This document shows positions 49,999 to 58,809 of a stretch of DNA of 64,000 nucleotides, piece by piece. A program made the translations under genes and the position numbers. The stretch covers positions 258 through 64,257 of the forward strand of contig JBCLGS010000002.1 of NCBI GenBank assembly GCA_039740895.1, given 5' to 3'. Every line of letters starts with the position of its first letter. The first letter of the stretch is position 1. The DNA comes from Parcubacteria group bacterium. Lineage in GTDB: Bacteria > Patescibacteriota > Minisyncoccia > Phycocordibacterales > DATDWN01. The notes under the pieces are model-generated. The model ran no database searches and was not told the origin of the DNA. It saw nothing but the letters and a program-made list of their open reading frames with translations.

Positions 49999-50170
49999 CA
50001 AACACTTATCAGAATACCCGAAAAACGGCATTTTTACAAGGAAAAAAGACATAAAAAAAGGCGTCGACTGAGTGGAGAAGGATGTCAGCGCCTTTGAACA
50101 GCTGGAGTTCCGTTACTCAGCAGTTCGTCATAATAATTCTAGACCTTTGCAAAACAAAGTCAAGCAAAAA

Positions 50171-51850
50171 TTATTTCTTCCCTTTTATACAAGCCAACAC
50201 GAATGCAGAAAAAAGAGGGTGGGGGTGAAGTGGGCGAGCTTTAAACTCTGGATGGAATTGTGTGCCAAGGAAAAATGGGTGAACTTCTTTTGGCAATTCT
50301 ACGATTTCCATAAGTCGTCCATCAGGTGAAGTGGCTGAGAAAATCATTCCAGCTTTTTCTATTTCGGCGATGTATTCTGGATTTACTTCGTAGCGATGTC
50401 GATGTCTCTCGGATATCTCACAAACACTAGGTGTCTGTAAATAATTGTATGATCCGTACGCGATAGTCCCTTCTTTCAAAATTGCAGGATAAGCTCCGAG
50501 TCGCATGGTTGCACCGTATTTGTTTTCTTCCAAAAGTTTTTTCTGCTCTGGCATAATATCAATAACAACATGCGAAGAGTTTGGATTTATTTCCGCTGTG
50601 TGTGCATCCTCCCATCCGACAACATTTCTGGCATATTCAATGACAGCGAGCTGCATACCATAGCAAAGTCCAAAATATGGAATTTTATTTTTTCGAACAT
50701 ATTCAATAGCCATGAGAACACCTTCAATACCACTTTCTCCGAAACCTCCAGGAACAATCACTCCATCATATTTTTTTAATTCTGCAATTTTATTTCCTGG
50801 TTTCTTTGGGTCAGTTTCATACTCTTTGGAATTTATCCATGTTAGATTTGTATTTGCGTCATTCCAGTATGAAGAAAACTTCACAGCCTCAATGACAGAA
50901 ACATAAGCGTCCGAGAGAACAAAATCCCCTGTGTCAAAATATTTTCCAACAACAGCAATGTTTAATTCTTTCTTTCCATTTTTTGATTTCTGAACAAATT
51001 TTCTCCATTCATATAAATCACCATTGTGTGATTTGGTTCTCATGTGGAGCGCCTTCATTATTACGCTAGCTATTTTATCTTTCTCAAAGTTTAGCGGTAC
51101 ATCATACACACTTTCTATATCAGGAGCAGAAATAACATTTTCTGTTGGAAGAGCACAAGAAAAAGCTATTTTTTCTTTTCTCTTGTAGTCCAGTGGCAAT
51201 GCGCTACGAGCAATGATGATGTCTGGTTGAACACCGTATGAATTTAGCTGTCGAACAGCATTCTGTGTAGGTCGTGTTTTCATCTCACCGAGAGAGCCTG
51301 GAATAGGAAGATAGGAAACCATGACAAAAGCCACATCATGCGGAGATTTTATTTTCAAAATTCTGGACGCCTCGATAAACATGATATTTTGATAATCCCC
51401 AATCGTTCCTCCGATTTCAATAAGTGATACATCGGACTGGTGGTCGTTTGCGGACTTTCTCCAACGACGAATAATTTCTTCTGTAATGTGTGGAATAGCT
51501 TCTACACACTTACCTTTGTAACCAAGATTTCTTTCTTTCTCAATAACATATTTATAGACCATACCAGATGTAATGTAGTCATCTGGACCAAGCTCGATCT
51601 CCATAAATCGCTCATAGTTTCCCATGTCCTGATCTGTCTCAAGTCCAGAATCAAGCACAAAAACTTCACCATGCTCAGTAGGGTTCATGTTTCCAGCATC
51701 CACATTTAAATAAGGGTCAACCTTTATTGGGTTGACCTTGAAGCCCTTGCTCTGAAGAATTTTTCCGATTGATGCTGATGCTATACCTTTGCCGACTCCT
51801 GACATTACTCCCCCAACAATAAATATGAATTTGTGATTTTTCTTTTTCAT
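50171..51850 (-). CDS. pyrG: CTP synthase
   Basis: GGVMSGVGKG, DPYLNVDAG, VPGGFG, GLCYGMQ, ERHRHRYE, QFHPEF. Confidence 0.98.
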   Translation of the reverse strand: MKKKNHKFIFIVGGVMSGVGKGIASASIGKILQSKGFKVNPIKVDPYLNVDAGNMNPTEHGEVFVLDSGLETDQDMGNYERFMEIELGPDDYITSGMVYKYVIEKERNLGYKGKCVEAIPHITEEIIRRWRKSANDHQSDVSLIEIGGTIGDYQNIMFIEASRILKIKSPHDVAFVMVSYLPIPGSLGEMKTRPTQNAVRQLNSYGVQPDIIIARSALPLDYKRKEKIAFSCALPTENVISAPDIESVYDVPLNFEKDKIASVIMKALHMRTKSHNGDLYEWRKFVQKSKNGKKELNIAVVGKYFDTGDFVLSDAYVSVIEAVKFSSYWNDANTNLTWINSKEYETDPKKPGNKIAELKKYDGVIVPGGFGESGIEGVLMAIEYVRKNKIPYFGLCYGMQLAVIEYARNVVGWEDAHTAEINPNSSHVVIDIMPEQKKLLEENKYGATMRLGAYPAILKEGTIAYGSYNYLQTPSVCEISERHRHRYEVNPEYIAEIEKAGMIFSATSPDGRLMEIVELPKEVHPFFLGTQFHPEFKARPLHPHPLFSAFVLACIKGKK

Positions 51851-51911
51851 TCTGATTTCTGAGTTCTGATTAATTAAATAATAAAACATCATCCCAACCA
51901 AATTGGAAAGC

Positions 51912-52841
51912 TTAAACTTTTAAATACTTGCGTATGGCGAAATAACTGGAAACCGCTCCGAGGGCAATACCAGAACCAACTAATATCATGAAAATTTGTC
52001 CGAAGTTTGCCGTGTAATAGTGGAAAATATTTAGACCGACGAAAAAGTCCTCTGTCTTGCTTCCAAGCCAAATGGTGACAGGGTAGAAAATAATCAGAGT
52101 GATTATGGCTGATATAAATCCGTAAATAACACCGGCTACGAAAAATGGCCCACGGATGTAGCTGGCCGAAGCCCCCACAAGACGCATAACAGAAATCTCA
52201 TCTCTAGACATATAAATAACTAATCTAATTGTGTTAAATGTGATTAACAAAGAAATAACAATAAGGAAAATAGTCAATGCAAAACCAAGACTATTGGCAG
52301 AATTTATAATTTTTGTTAGACGGTCAATAGCATCTTTGTTCTGCAAATAATTTACCTTATCTATCAGATTCCCACCATCTGAGGGGAGTGCATTCTTACC
52401 CTGCAAAAACTGAGCGATACTTTCATACTGTGAAGGGTCTTTTGCTTTTATATTTAAAGTTGCACCAAGTGGATTGTCTCCGAGTTCGTCTAGTGCTTGA
52501 AGGGTGAACTGGTCATTCTGATGGCGTTGTTTGAAAGTAGCCAAAGCATCTTCTCGAGATACATATATTACAGGAGGGGCAACCTCAGCAAGTTGTTCTA
52601 GATTTTTCTTCAGTGACATTATATCGTCCTCTCCAGCTGTGTTAACAAAATAAACATTTATATCAACTTTGTTTTTTATTTCTGTTAGGGTCGATTTCAA
52701 TATTGCTCCAGAAAAAATAGTTGAGCCGATGACAAAAAGAGTTACCACCATAACCAGTACGGAAGAAAGTGAAACAAATCCGTTACGCCAAAAACTAAAA
52801 AAGCCCGCACGAATTATTCTTTTTGTATTTACCCAAATCAT
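51912..52841 (-). CDS. ftsX: cell division permease FtsX
   Basis: NTIRL...EISVMRLVGA...IRGPF; downstream of ftsE. Confidence 0.92.
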   Translation of the reverse strand: MIWVNTKRIIRAGFFSFWRNGFVSLSSVLVMVVTLFVIGSTIFSGAILKSTLTEIKNKVDINVYFVNTAGEDDIMSLKKNLEQLAEVAPPVIYVSREDALATFKQRHQNDQFTLQALDELGDNPLGATLNIKAKDPSQYESIAQFLQGKNALPSDGGNLIDKVNYLQNKDAIDRLTKIINSANSLGFALTIFLIVISLLITFNTIRLVIYMSRDEISVMRLVGASASYIRGPFFVAGVIYGFISAIITLIIFYPVTIWLGSKTEDFFVGLNIFHYYTANFGQIFMILVGSGIALGAVSSYFAIRKYLKV

Positions 52842-52884
52842 GTTATGTATATATATTATCTTAAAAATCTATCTAAGTCACTAT

Positions 52885-53009
52885 TGAAACTTTCTAATTT
52901 TAGCCAAGGTCAAGGCGAAATGTGAAAAATAATTCGAGCCATACTTGTCGTATGGTGAGGATTATTTTTCACATTTCAACGCAGAGATTGGCCAAATTTG
53001 GAAGTTTCA
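52885..53009 (+). repeat. ~125-bp palindromic element between ftsE and ftsX
   Basis: ccaaggtcaaggcg...gagccatacttgtcgtatggtgag...caacgcagagattgg; its end contains the ftsE stop. Confidence 0.88.
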
Positions 53010-53687
53010 GATTATGTATTTTCCTTGCTTATCATCTCGCACAATACGACCATTCTCCATAGTAATCACTCTTTTCCCTAGTGAATCAATTACCCCCTTA
53101 TTATGTGTAGTCAGAATCACTGTCGTTCCAAGGTCGTTTATTTTCTTCAATATCTGGACAATATCATATGTATTATGTGGGTCTAGGTTTCCAGTGGGTT
53201 CGTCGGCAATAATGACATCTGGCTGGTTCACTATGGCTCGTGCAATAGCCACTCTCTGCTTCTCTCCTCCAGAAAGCTCGTGTGGGAAGTTCCATATTTT
53301 CTTTCCTATATCAACCAATTCCAAAACATGTGGCACATCTGCTTCTATTTCGTCATCAGATCGTCCCGCTGCTTCCATAGCAAAAGCAATGTTTTCATAA
53401 ACATTTTTATTTGGAATAAGCCGAAAATCTTGAAAAACTACGCCAATTTTTCGACGAAATTCGTTTATCTGATTTTTATTTAGAGTGTGAATATCTGTTG
53501 ATTCAAAAAATATTTTACCCTCGCTTGGCTTTTCCTCAGCCAAAAACATTTTAAGAAGAGTTGTCTTGCCAGCACCAGAATGTCCCACAATAGAAACAAA
53601 TTCCTTTGGCTCAACTGAGAAAGAAATGTTTTCCAAAGCTATTGAATTGTCCGCGTAAATTTTAGATACTTTATCAAAATAAATCAT
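53007..53687 (-). CDS. ftsE: cell division ATP-binding protein FtsE
   Basis: GHSGAGKTT, VVFQDFRL, LSGGEKQR, ADEPTGNLD. Confidence 0.94.
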   Translation of the reverse strand: MIYFDKVSKIYADNSIALENISFSVEPKEFVSIVGHSGAGKTTLLKMFLAEEKPSEGKIFFESTDIHTLNKNQINEFRRKIGVVFQDFRLIPNKNVYENIAFAMEAAGRSDDEIEADVPHVLELVDIGKKIWNFPHELSGGEKQRVAIARAIVNQPDVIIADEPTGNLDPHNTYDIVQILKKINDLGTTVILTTHNKGVIDSLGKRVITMENGRIVRDDKQGKYII

Positions 53688-53826
53688 ACTTTCATTATAC
53701 TCTAAATGCCACAATGCACCAAATACTTTTTGCAGACTATTTCCGCACAACGGAAATCGAACAGAAATAATGTTTTGTCGTAGACAAGAACATTTTTCTG
53801 AAGGCAGAAAAGTTTTGGGACCAAAA

Positions 53827-54711
53827 TTATTTTAAGTCTTTTTCGGCTTCAATAAACTCGTCTAGGTCGCCATCAAGAACTTTATCTACATTCCCTGTCT
53901 CTACGCCTGTACGGTGGTCTTTGACCATTTTGTATGGATGGAGGACATATGAGCGAATCTGATTACCCCATTCTATCTGGGTTGTTTTGGAAACATACAT
54001 ACCCTTTTCTTTGGAAATTCTGTCCTCCTCAAGAGCTTTGTATATCTTGCCGTACAAAATCTGCATAGCCTTCTCCTTGTTCTGTGCCTGGCTTCTTTGA
54101 TTATCACTCTGAGCAGAAAGATTTGTAGGAATGTGAACTACTCGAACAGCAGTCTCTCGTTTGTTTACATTTTGCCCACCAGGACCACTAGACTTTGAAA
54201 ATTCAACTCGAATATCATCGTCTGGAATATCGTTTTCCATTTCTTTTGCAGTCATTTTTTCAAATTCTGGGATTACCTCAACCATTGAAAAAGATGTGTG
54301 GCGAAGTGATTTGGCATTGAAAGGTGAGATGCGAACGAGACGGTGGACACCTGACTCATGCTTTAATGTTCCGTACGCATTTTTTCCAGAAATCTCTATG
54401 GTGACATTTCTGTATCCTCCGTGGTCATTGTCGTTTTTGTGCAATATAGAAACACTGAAATTTTTCCTATCGCAAAATTTTAAATACATATTAAGAAGTA
54501 TTGCTGAAAAATCCTCTGCGTCGTCCCCCCCTGCTCCAGAAAAAATAGTCATTAAAGCATTACCTTTATCATATTTTCCCTCACCAGCAATTTCTGTTTT
54601 AAGTTCGGCAATTCTGCGCAAGGTCGCTTGTGCCCTATCTTTGTCACTCCAAAAATCCGCGCTGTTCATAGCTTCTTCTAGAGTTTCCAGTTCTATTTTT
54701 AATTCGTCCAT
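53827..54711 (-). CDS. prfB: peptide chain release factor 2 (short N-domain, no frameshift)
   Basis: SPF tripeptide, GPGGQ, WGNQIRSY; start MDELK at 54711. Confidence 0.92.
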   Translation of the reverse strand: MDELKIELETLEEAMNSADFWSDKDRAQATLRRIAELKTEIAGEGKYDKGNALMTIFSGAGGDDAEDFSAILLNMYLKFCDRKNFSVSILHKNDNDHGGYRNVTIEISGKNAYGTLKHESGVHRLVRISPFNAKSLRHTSFSMVEVIPEFEKMTAKEMENDIPDDDIRVEFSKSSGPGGQNVNKRETAVRVVHIPTNLSAQSDNQRSQAQNKEKAMQILYGKIYKALEEDRISKEKGMYVSKTTQIEWGNQIRSYVLHPYKMVKDHRTGVETGNVDKVLDGDLDEFIEAEKDLK

Positions 54712-54713
54712 TG

Positions 54714-54784
54714 AGCCAAGGGTGAGAATCGGACTCACGTTCCTGCTTTACGAAAGCAGTGTTCTACCACTGAACTACTTTGGC
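54714..54784 (-). tRNA. tRNA-Thr(CGT)
   Basis: Cloverleaf, ctgct-TTCGTAA-agcag; CCA not encoded. Confidence 0.9.
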
Positions 54785-54852
54785 ACTGGCTAAAAACAAT
54801 TTTTATTAAAAAATTGTTCGCCTGAACATTTTGTACTCAAAATGTTTTAGGG

Positions 54853-54924
54853 AGCCATTGATGGGGATCGAACCCATGGTCTCGTCATTACCAATGACGT
54901 GCTTTACCGCTAAGCTACAATGGC
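54853..54924 (-). tRNA. tRNA-Thr(GGT)
   Basis: Cloverleaf, cgtca-TTGGTAA-tgacg, GGTTCGA T-loop. Confidence 0.95.
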
Positions 54925-55157
54925 TACTGCCTTTTATATATTATTATAAAAATCGATTATATCATATTCATTGCAAAATTTGGAGTTTATTCGAAAAATA
55001 CCTCGCTGCTGATTGAACACAATCACCTACTGGGTCATCAGCGAGGATTGGTAAAACAGTATCGGCGGTGGCCGATACTTCTACGAACATAAGAGCCCTG
55101 GTTCCTGTCGTCCATCCTCGCTAGCCTCGCTGACGAGGATGGACGACAGGACTGCTT

Positions 55158-55556
55158 TTATTTCAATCCCTTACAGTTTCTGCCTGCAACAAATCCTGCT
55201 TTTTTTGCTTCTTCAATCGATGCAAATTTAATCTGATTTTCTGGCTTTATCATCTTCACTGTTCCACACCACGGAAAATAATACTTTTTACCATTTTTGG
55301 ACCCAATCACTTCCCCGCTCGTATTATTTGACTTCTGCAGATGGTCCCCATCTGCAGAAGTCAAAGGAGTGCTATTCACCACGGTGGCAGATTGGTCGCT
55401 GTTGGGGTAAATAATTTTAATAGGAGATTTGTGCTCTTCCAAAGCTGAAAGTCGGCCCAAAGCGAAGAAAAGACTGGCTATTACAAGAATTAGTACCAGT
55501 GTGTAGAATTGTTTGATTTGGAGCTTTACTTTTTCTACAATATCCTTTATACTCAT
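55158..55556 (-). CDS. membrane-anchored protein with Ada-like metal-binding domain
   Basis: GSKNGKKYYFPWC...IKPENQIKFASIEEAKKAGF; palindrome in frame at 55327-55365. Confidence 0.8.
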   Translation of the reverse strand: MSIKDIVEKVKLQIKQFYTLVLILVIASLFFALGRLSALEEHKSPIKIIYPNSDQSATVVNSTPLTSADGDHLQKSNNTSGEVIGSKNGKKYYFPWCGTVKMIKPENQIKFASIEEAKKAGFVAGRNCKGLK

Positions 55557-55594
55557 GACATTGTAATTTTAACAATTATTCGGAATAAATACGA

Positions 55595-55713
55595 GGCACA
55601 CAGATACGGATGCGATTCAAGGCGGATAAGAAAAAGAATTGGAGACATACTTAGTGGTATGTTGACAATTATTTTTTGAAATCCAACGCAGAAGCACGCC
55701 GGATATGTGAGCC
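55595..55713 (+). repeat. palindromic element upstream of rpmA
   Basis: ggatgcgattcaaggcg...gagacatacttagtggtatgttgac...caacgcagaagcacgcc. Confidence 0.8.
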
Positions 55714-55727
55714 GTAACACAAAAAAA

Positions 55728-56000
55728 ATGGCACATAAAAAAAGCGCAGGAACAACAAAAAATGGTAGAGATTCAAACCCAAAATACCTTGGAATTAAAA
55801 TCACTGAAGGAGATGTAGCGCAAGCTGGATCAGTTATTATCCGACAACGAGGTACAGATGTACTTCCTGGCAAAGGCGTAGGTATGGGAAAAGATCATAC
55901 TATCTTTTCACTCATTGACGGAAAAGTTATGTTTGGAATAAAGCGACAGAAACATTTTGACAATACTATGGTTATCAAGAAGATCGTCTCGGTCGTCTAA
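55728..56000 (+). CDS. rpmA: 50S ribosomal protein L27
   Basis: [29 protein letters not shown]. Confidence 0.97.
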   Translation: MAHKKSAGTTKNGRDSNPKYLGIKITEGDVAQAGSVIIRQRGTDVLPGKGVGMGKDHTIFSLIDGKVMFGIKRQKHFDNTMVIKKIVSVV

Positions 56001-56030
56001 CTAAAAAATCCCCTCGGGGATTTTTTAGTT
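55999..56030. terminator. bidirectional intrinsic terminator
   Basis: aactaaaaaatcccc-tc-ggggattttttagtt between convergent rpmA and rplI. Confidence 0.85.
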
Positions 56031-56473
56031 TATTGAGCTTCGATATTTAGTGTAAATTCTACTTTCTTTTTCATGGCCTCAACAGTAATCTTGTGTTCCC
56101 CAACAGTTTTTATTGGCTTTTCCAATTTAATAAAATCTGCATCTAAATTTAGTCTTGTGGCTTTAAGTATTTCTGAAGCCAAGATTTCTTTTGTTACTCC
56201 AGCAAACAAGTGACCCTTTTCGTTTGCCTTTTCTTTCAAAGTCAGTGTTAGGTTTTTAATTGTATCTAAATTCTTGAAAAGTAATGCTTCTTGTATTTTC
56301 TCCTCAGCACTTATCTTGTCTTTTTGCTGGCCTACCTTAACAATAGCTTGTGGAGTAGCTACCATAGCCAAACCTTTAGGAATAAGGAAATTCAAGGCGT
56401 GACCCTCGGCCACCTCTTTCACATCAAACTTCTTACCAACTTTTTGTATGTCTTTAAGTAATATTATTTTCAT
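56030..56473 (-). CDS. rplI: 50S ribosomal protein L9
   Basis: MKIILLKDI.KVGK...V.EGHALNFLIPKGLA, LFAGVT, PIKTVG. Confidence 0.95.
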   Translation of the reverse strand: MKIILLKDIQKVGKKFDVKEVAEGHALNFLIPKGLAMVATPQAIVKVGQQKDKISAEEKIQEALLFKNLDTIKNLTLTLKEKANEKGHLFAGVTKEILASEILKATRLNLDADFIKLEKPIKTVGEHKITVEAMKKKVEFTLNIEAQ

Positions 56474-56510
56474 CCAGTTATCTTAGCATAACTACTTAAA
56501 GTTGAGTAGT

Positions 56511-57791
56511 TTATTTTGAAAGTATCTCCAGAGCCTTATTCATTTGGGTATCATTGCCTTTCAAAAATTCTTTTGGGTCAAACTTCACCACAACATCAGG
56601 AGTAAGACCTCCGTTAGAAATGGATGTGCCATTTGGAGTAAGCCATCTTGCTATTGTTACTTTGATTGAAGTGTCTGATGTCACTGGAATAAGTTCTTGC
56701 ACCGAACCCTTACCAAATGACTGTGAGCCGACAAGAGTCGCTACACCATTTTCATGAAGGGCACCGGCTAGAATTTCAGAAGCACTAGCAGAACCGCCGT
56801 CAATAAGAACTACCATTTTCAAATTACTGTTGAATATATTGTAACCTTTACTTCTATAAACCTTCGCGTCCTCTGCGTTTCTGAAATCTTCTTTTACAAC
56901 TGTCTTGCCAGCTGGTAAGAACCAACTAGCCATGTCTATTGCAGCCTCCAAGTATCCTCCAGGATTTCCACGAACATCGAGAATTAGTTTAGTTTTTCCT
57001 GACTCTACAAACTTTCTAAGTGACTCTCTAAAAAGATTAGCTGATATGGCAGAGAAATTATAAAGTCGAATTATAAAAACATCATTTTTAATATCAGCCA
57101 GCTTTGGCGGAGTACTGCTACTTACAGCTATACTGCTTTTTACTTCAGTATCAATAGTAGGTATATCTATGACATCACGCACTATACTTATATCAAATAG
57201 GTCTGGCACTCCCTCCCGAATAATGGAAAGTTTTACTTCTGTTCCTTTTTTACCACGAATAAGTTTTATGGCTTCCTCAGAACTCAACTTGAGCGTCAAA
57301 GTATCGTTGATTTTAATTATTTTATCACCAGATTTTATACCGGCTCTGTATGCTGGAGTGCCTTTGAGTGGAGCCACGACGGTCAAGATATTATCGCGAA
57401 TTCCAACTTCCATTCCAACACCTTCAAAATTTCCGTTTATCGTCTCAGCAAAATTTTTTGATTCAACAGGAGGAAGGAATGTGGTATATGGGTCACCAAG
57501 AGAACTTGTCATTCCAGAAATAGCTCCCCAAACTCTAGTCTGGTCAGAAACCCGATCAGTAGTGGTGCTGTTGGTCGATACATACTTATCGTTAATTATC
57601 TGCCAAGCTCTCCAGAAAGGTGCGAAATCTGTTTTGGACCCTGTAGTGTCTGCTTTATTCAAGATGGAAGCTAGTTTACTTTCATCCGACTGAGTATATC
57701 TACCAAAATAAAAACCTGTGTAGAATAAACCGCCGATCGCAATAACAACTATTAATACCAGATGATATCTTTTAGAAAAAAATTCTTTCAT
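56511..57791 (-). CDS. S41A carboxyl-terminal protease (PDZ)
   Basis: GDPYT, DVRGNPGG, SASASEI, FGKGSVQ. Confidence 0.94.
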   Translation of the reverse strand: MKEFFSKRYHLVLIVVIAIGGLFYTGFYFGRYTQSDESKLASILNKADTTGSKTDFAPFWRAWQIINDKYVSTNSTTTDRVSDQTRVWGAISGMTSSLGDPYTTFLPPVESKNFAETINGNFEGVGMEVGIRDNILTVVAPLKGTPAYRAGIKSGDKIIKINDTLTLKLSSEEAIKLIRGKKGTEVKLSIIREGVPDLFDISIVRDVIDIPTIDTEVKSSIAVSSSTPPKLADIKNDVFIIRLYNFSAISANLFRESLRKFVESGKTKLILDVRGNPGGYLEAAIDMASWFLPAGKTVVKEDFRNAEDAKVYRSKGYNIFNSNLKMVVLIDGGSASASEILAGALHENGVATLVGSQSFGKGSVQELIPVTSDTSIKVTIARWLTPNGTSISNGGLTPDVVVKFDPKEFLKGNDTQMNKALEILSK

Positions 57792-57887
57792 TCGTGTTAT
57801 TATCTCAAAAAAAATCAGTAAGGTCAATCAAAGAATTACCCGACTATTTAATTTTATTTATATGGAATAAAGATATATAATGTATGT

Positions 57888-58802
57888 ATGATTAATACAT
57901 ACAAATATAATAATGAAACTTGGGTTGATATTGACCATGGAACACCTGAGGAAATCCATGAAATAATGAACACTTACAATGTTCACCCCTTGGTAGCCAA
58001 AGAATTAACTTCAAGAACTCCGAAGCAAAGGCTGGAATTTCACGAAGGTTACATTTACTGCATTCTTCATTTTCCCGCTTTCAAACACACTCATTCAGAC
58101 GAAAAAAACCAAGAGGTTGATTTTGTTATAGGAAAAAATGTATTGATCACAGCGAGATACGACACTATTGATGCTCTCCATAAGTTTGGTAAGGTGCTTG
58201 AGGTGAAAGAAATCTTGGAAAAGAAAAATGGTTACCTTCCAAGCCACTCCATTTTTGTCGGAATGCTTCATGAGTTATACGGCTCACTTTTTGAAGAATT
58301 GGAATATATAGAAAATCTTACAGAAAATATAACAAGTAAAATTTTCAAAGGGGAAGAGAAAAAAATGGTTATTTCACTTTCTGAAGTGACACGAACACTT
58401 CTTGATTTCAAAAAAGTGACGGACGGTCACCACGAAATTCTTGAGATGTTAAAACACCGAGGAAAAGAGATGTTCGGCGAATCATTTTGGAGCGAAATGG
58501 AATTGGTCACTTTGGAATACTTAAAAATAAATACTGCAATAAGGTCAAACTTGGATACTTTACATGAATTGAGAGATACAAATAATTCCCTTCTGACGAA
58601 TAAACAAAACGAAACCGTAATACAATTGACCGTGATTAATTTCATTATATTACCCCTAAATGTCATCGCCTTCATCTTTTCAATGAGAACAGAAGGTATG
58701 CCTATAATAAGTAACCCTAATGCATTTTGGATTATTATTGGTATAATGCTGACTTCTGCAGCTATTACCCTAGCTTATGTGATTCATAAGAAATGGGCAT
58801 AG
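57888..58802 (+). CDS. CorA-family divalent cation transporter
   Basis: CorA architecture with two C-terminal TMs; the GMN signature is replaced by SMR. Confidence 0.8.
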   Translation: MINTYKYNNETWVDIDHGTPEEIHEIMNTYNVHPLVAKELTSRTPKQRLEFHEGYIYCILHFPAFKHTHSDEKNQEVDFVIGKNVLITARYDTIDALHKFGKVLEVKEILEKKNGYLPSHSIFVGMLHELYGSLFEELEYIENLTENITSKIFKGEEKKMVISLSEVTRTLLDFKKVTDGHHEILEMLKHRGKEMFGESFWSEMELVTLEYLKINTAIRSNLDTLHELRDTNNSLLTNKQNETVIQLTVINFIILPLNVIAFIFSMRTEGMPIISNPNAFWIIIGIMLTSAAITLAYVIHKKWA

Positions 58803-58809
58803 AAAGATT

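Noticed and set aside
55000-55046. Hammerhead ribozyme (CTGATGA on minus strand)
   Set aside because: The required downstream GAAA core and stem III are not present.
55595-55713. Dedicated ribosomal-protein leader or riboswitch for rpmA
   Set aside because: It is a member of the dispersed repeat family found in unrelated contexts.
57095-57137. Palindrome insert in the S41 peptidase (ccagctttggcgg) and gccgagctcagc in gyrB (~34354)
   Set aside because: Too short and degenerate to distinguish from chance.
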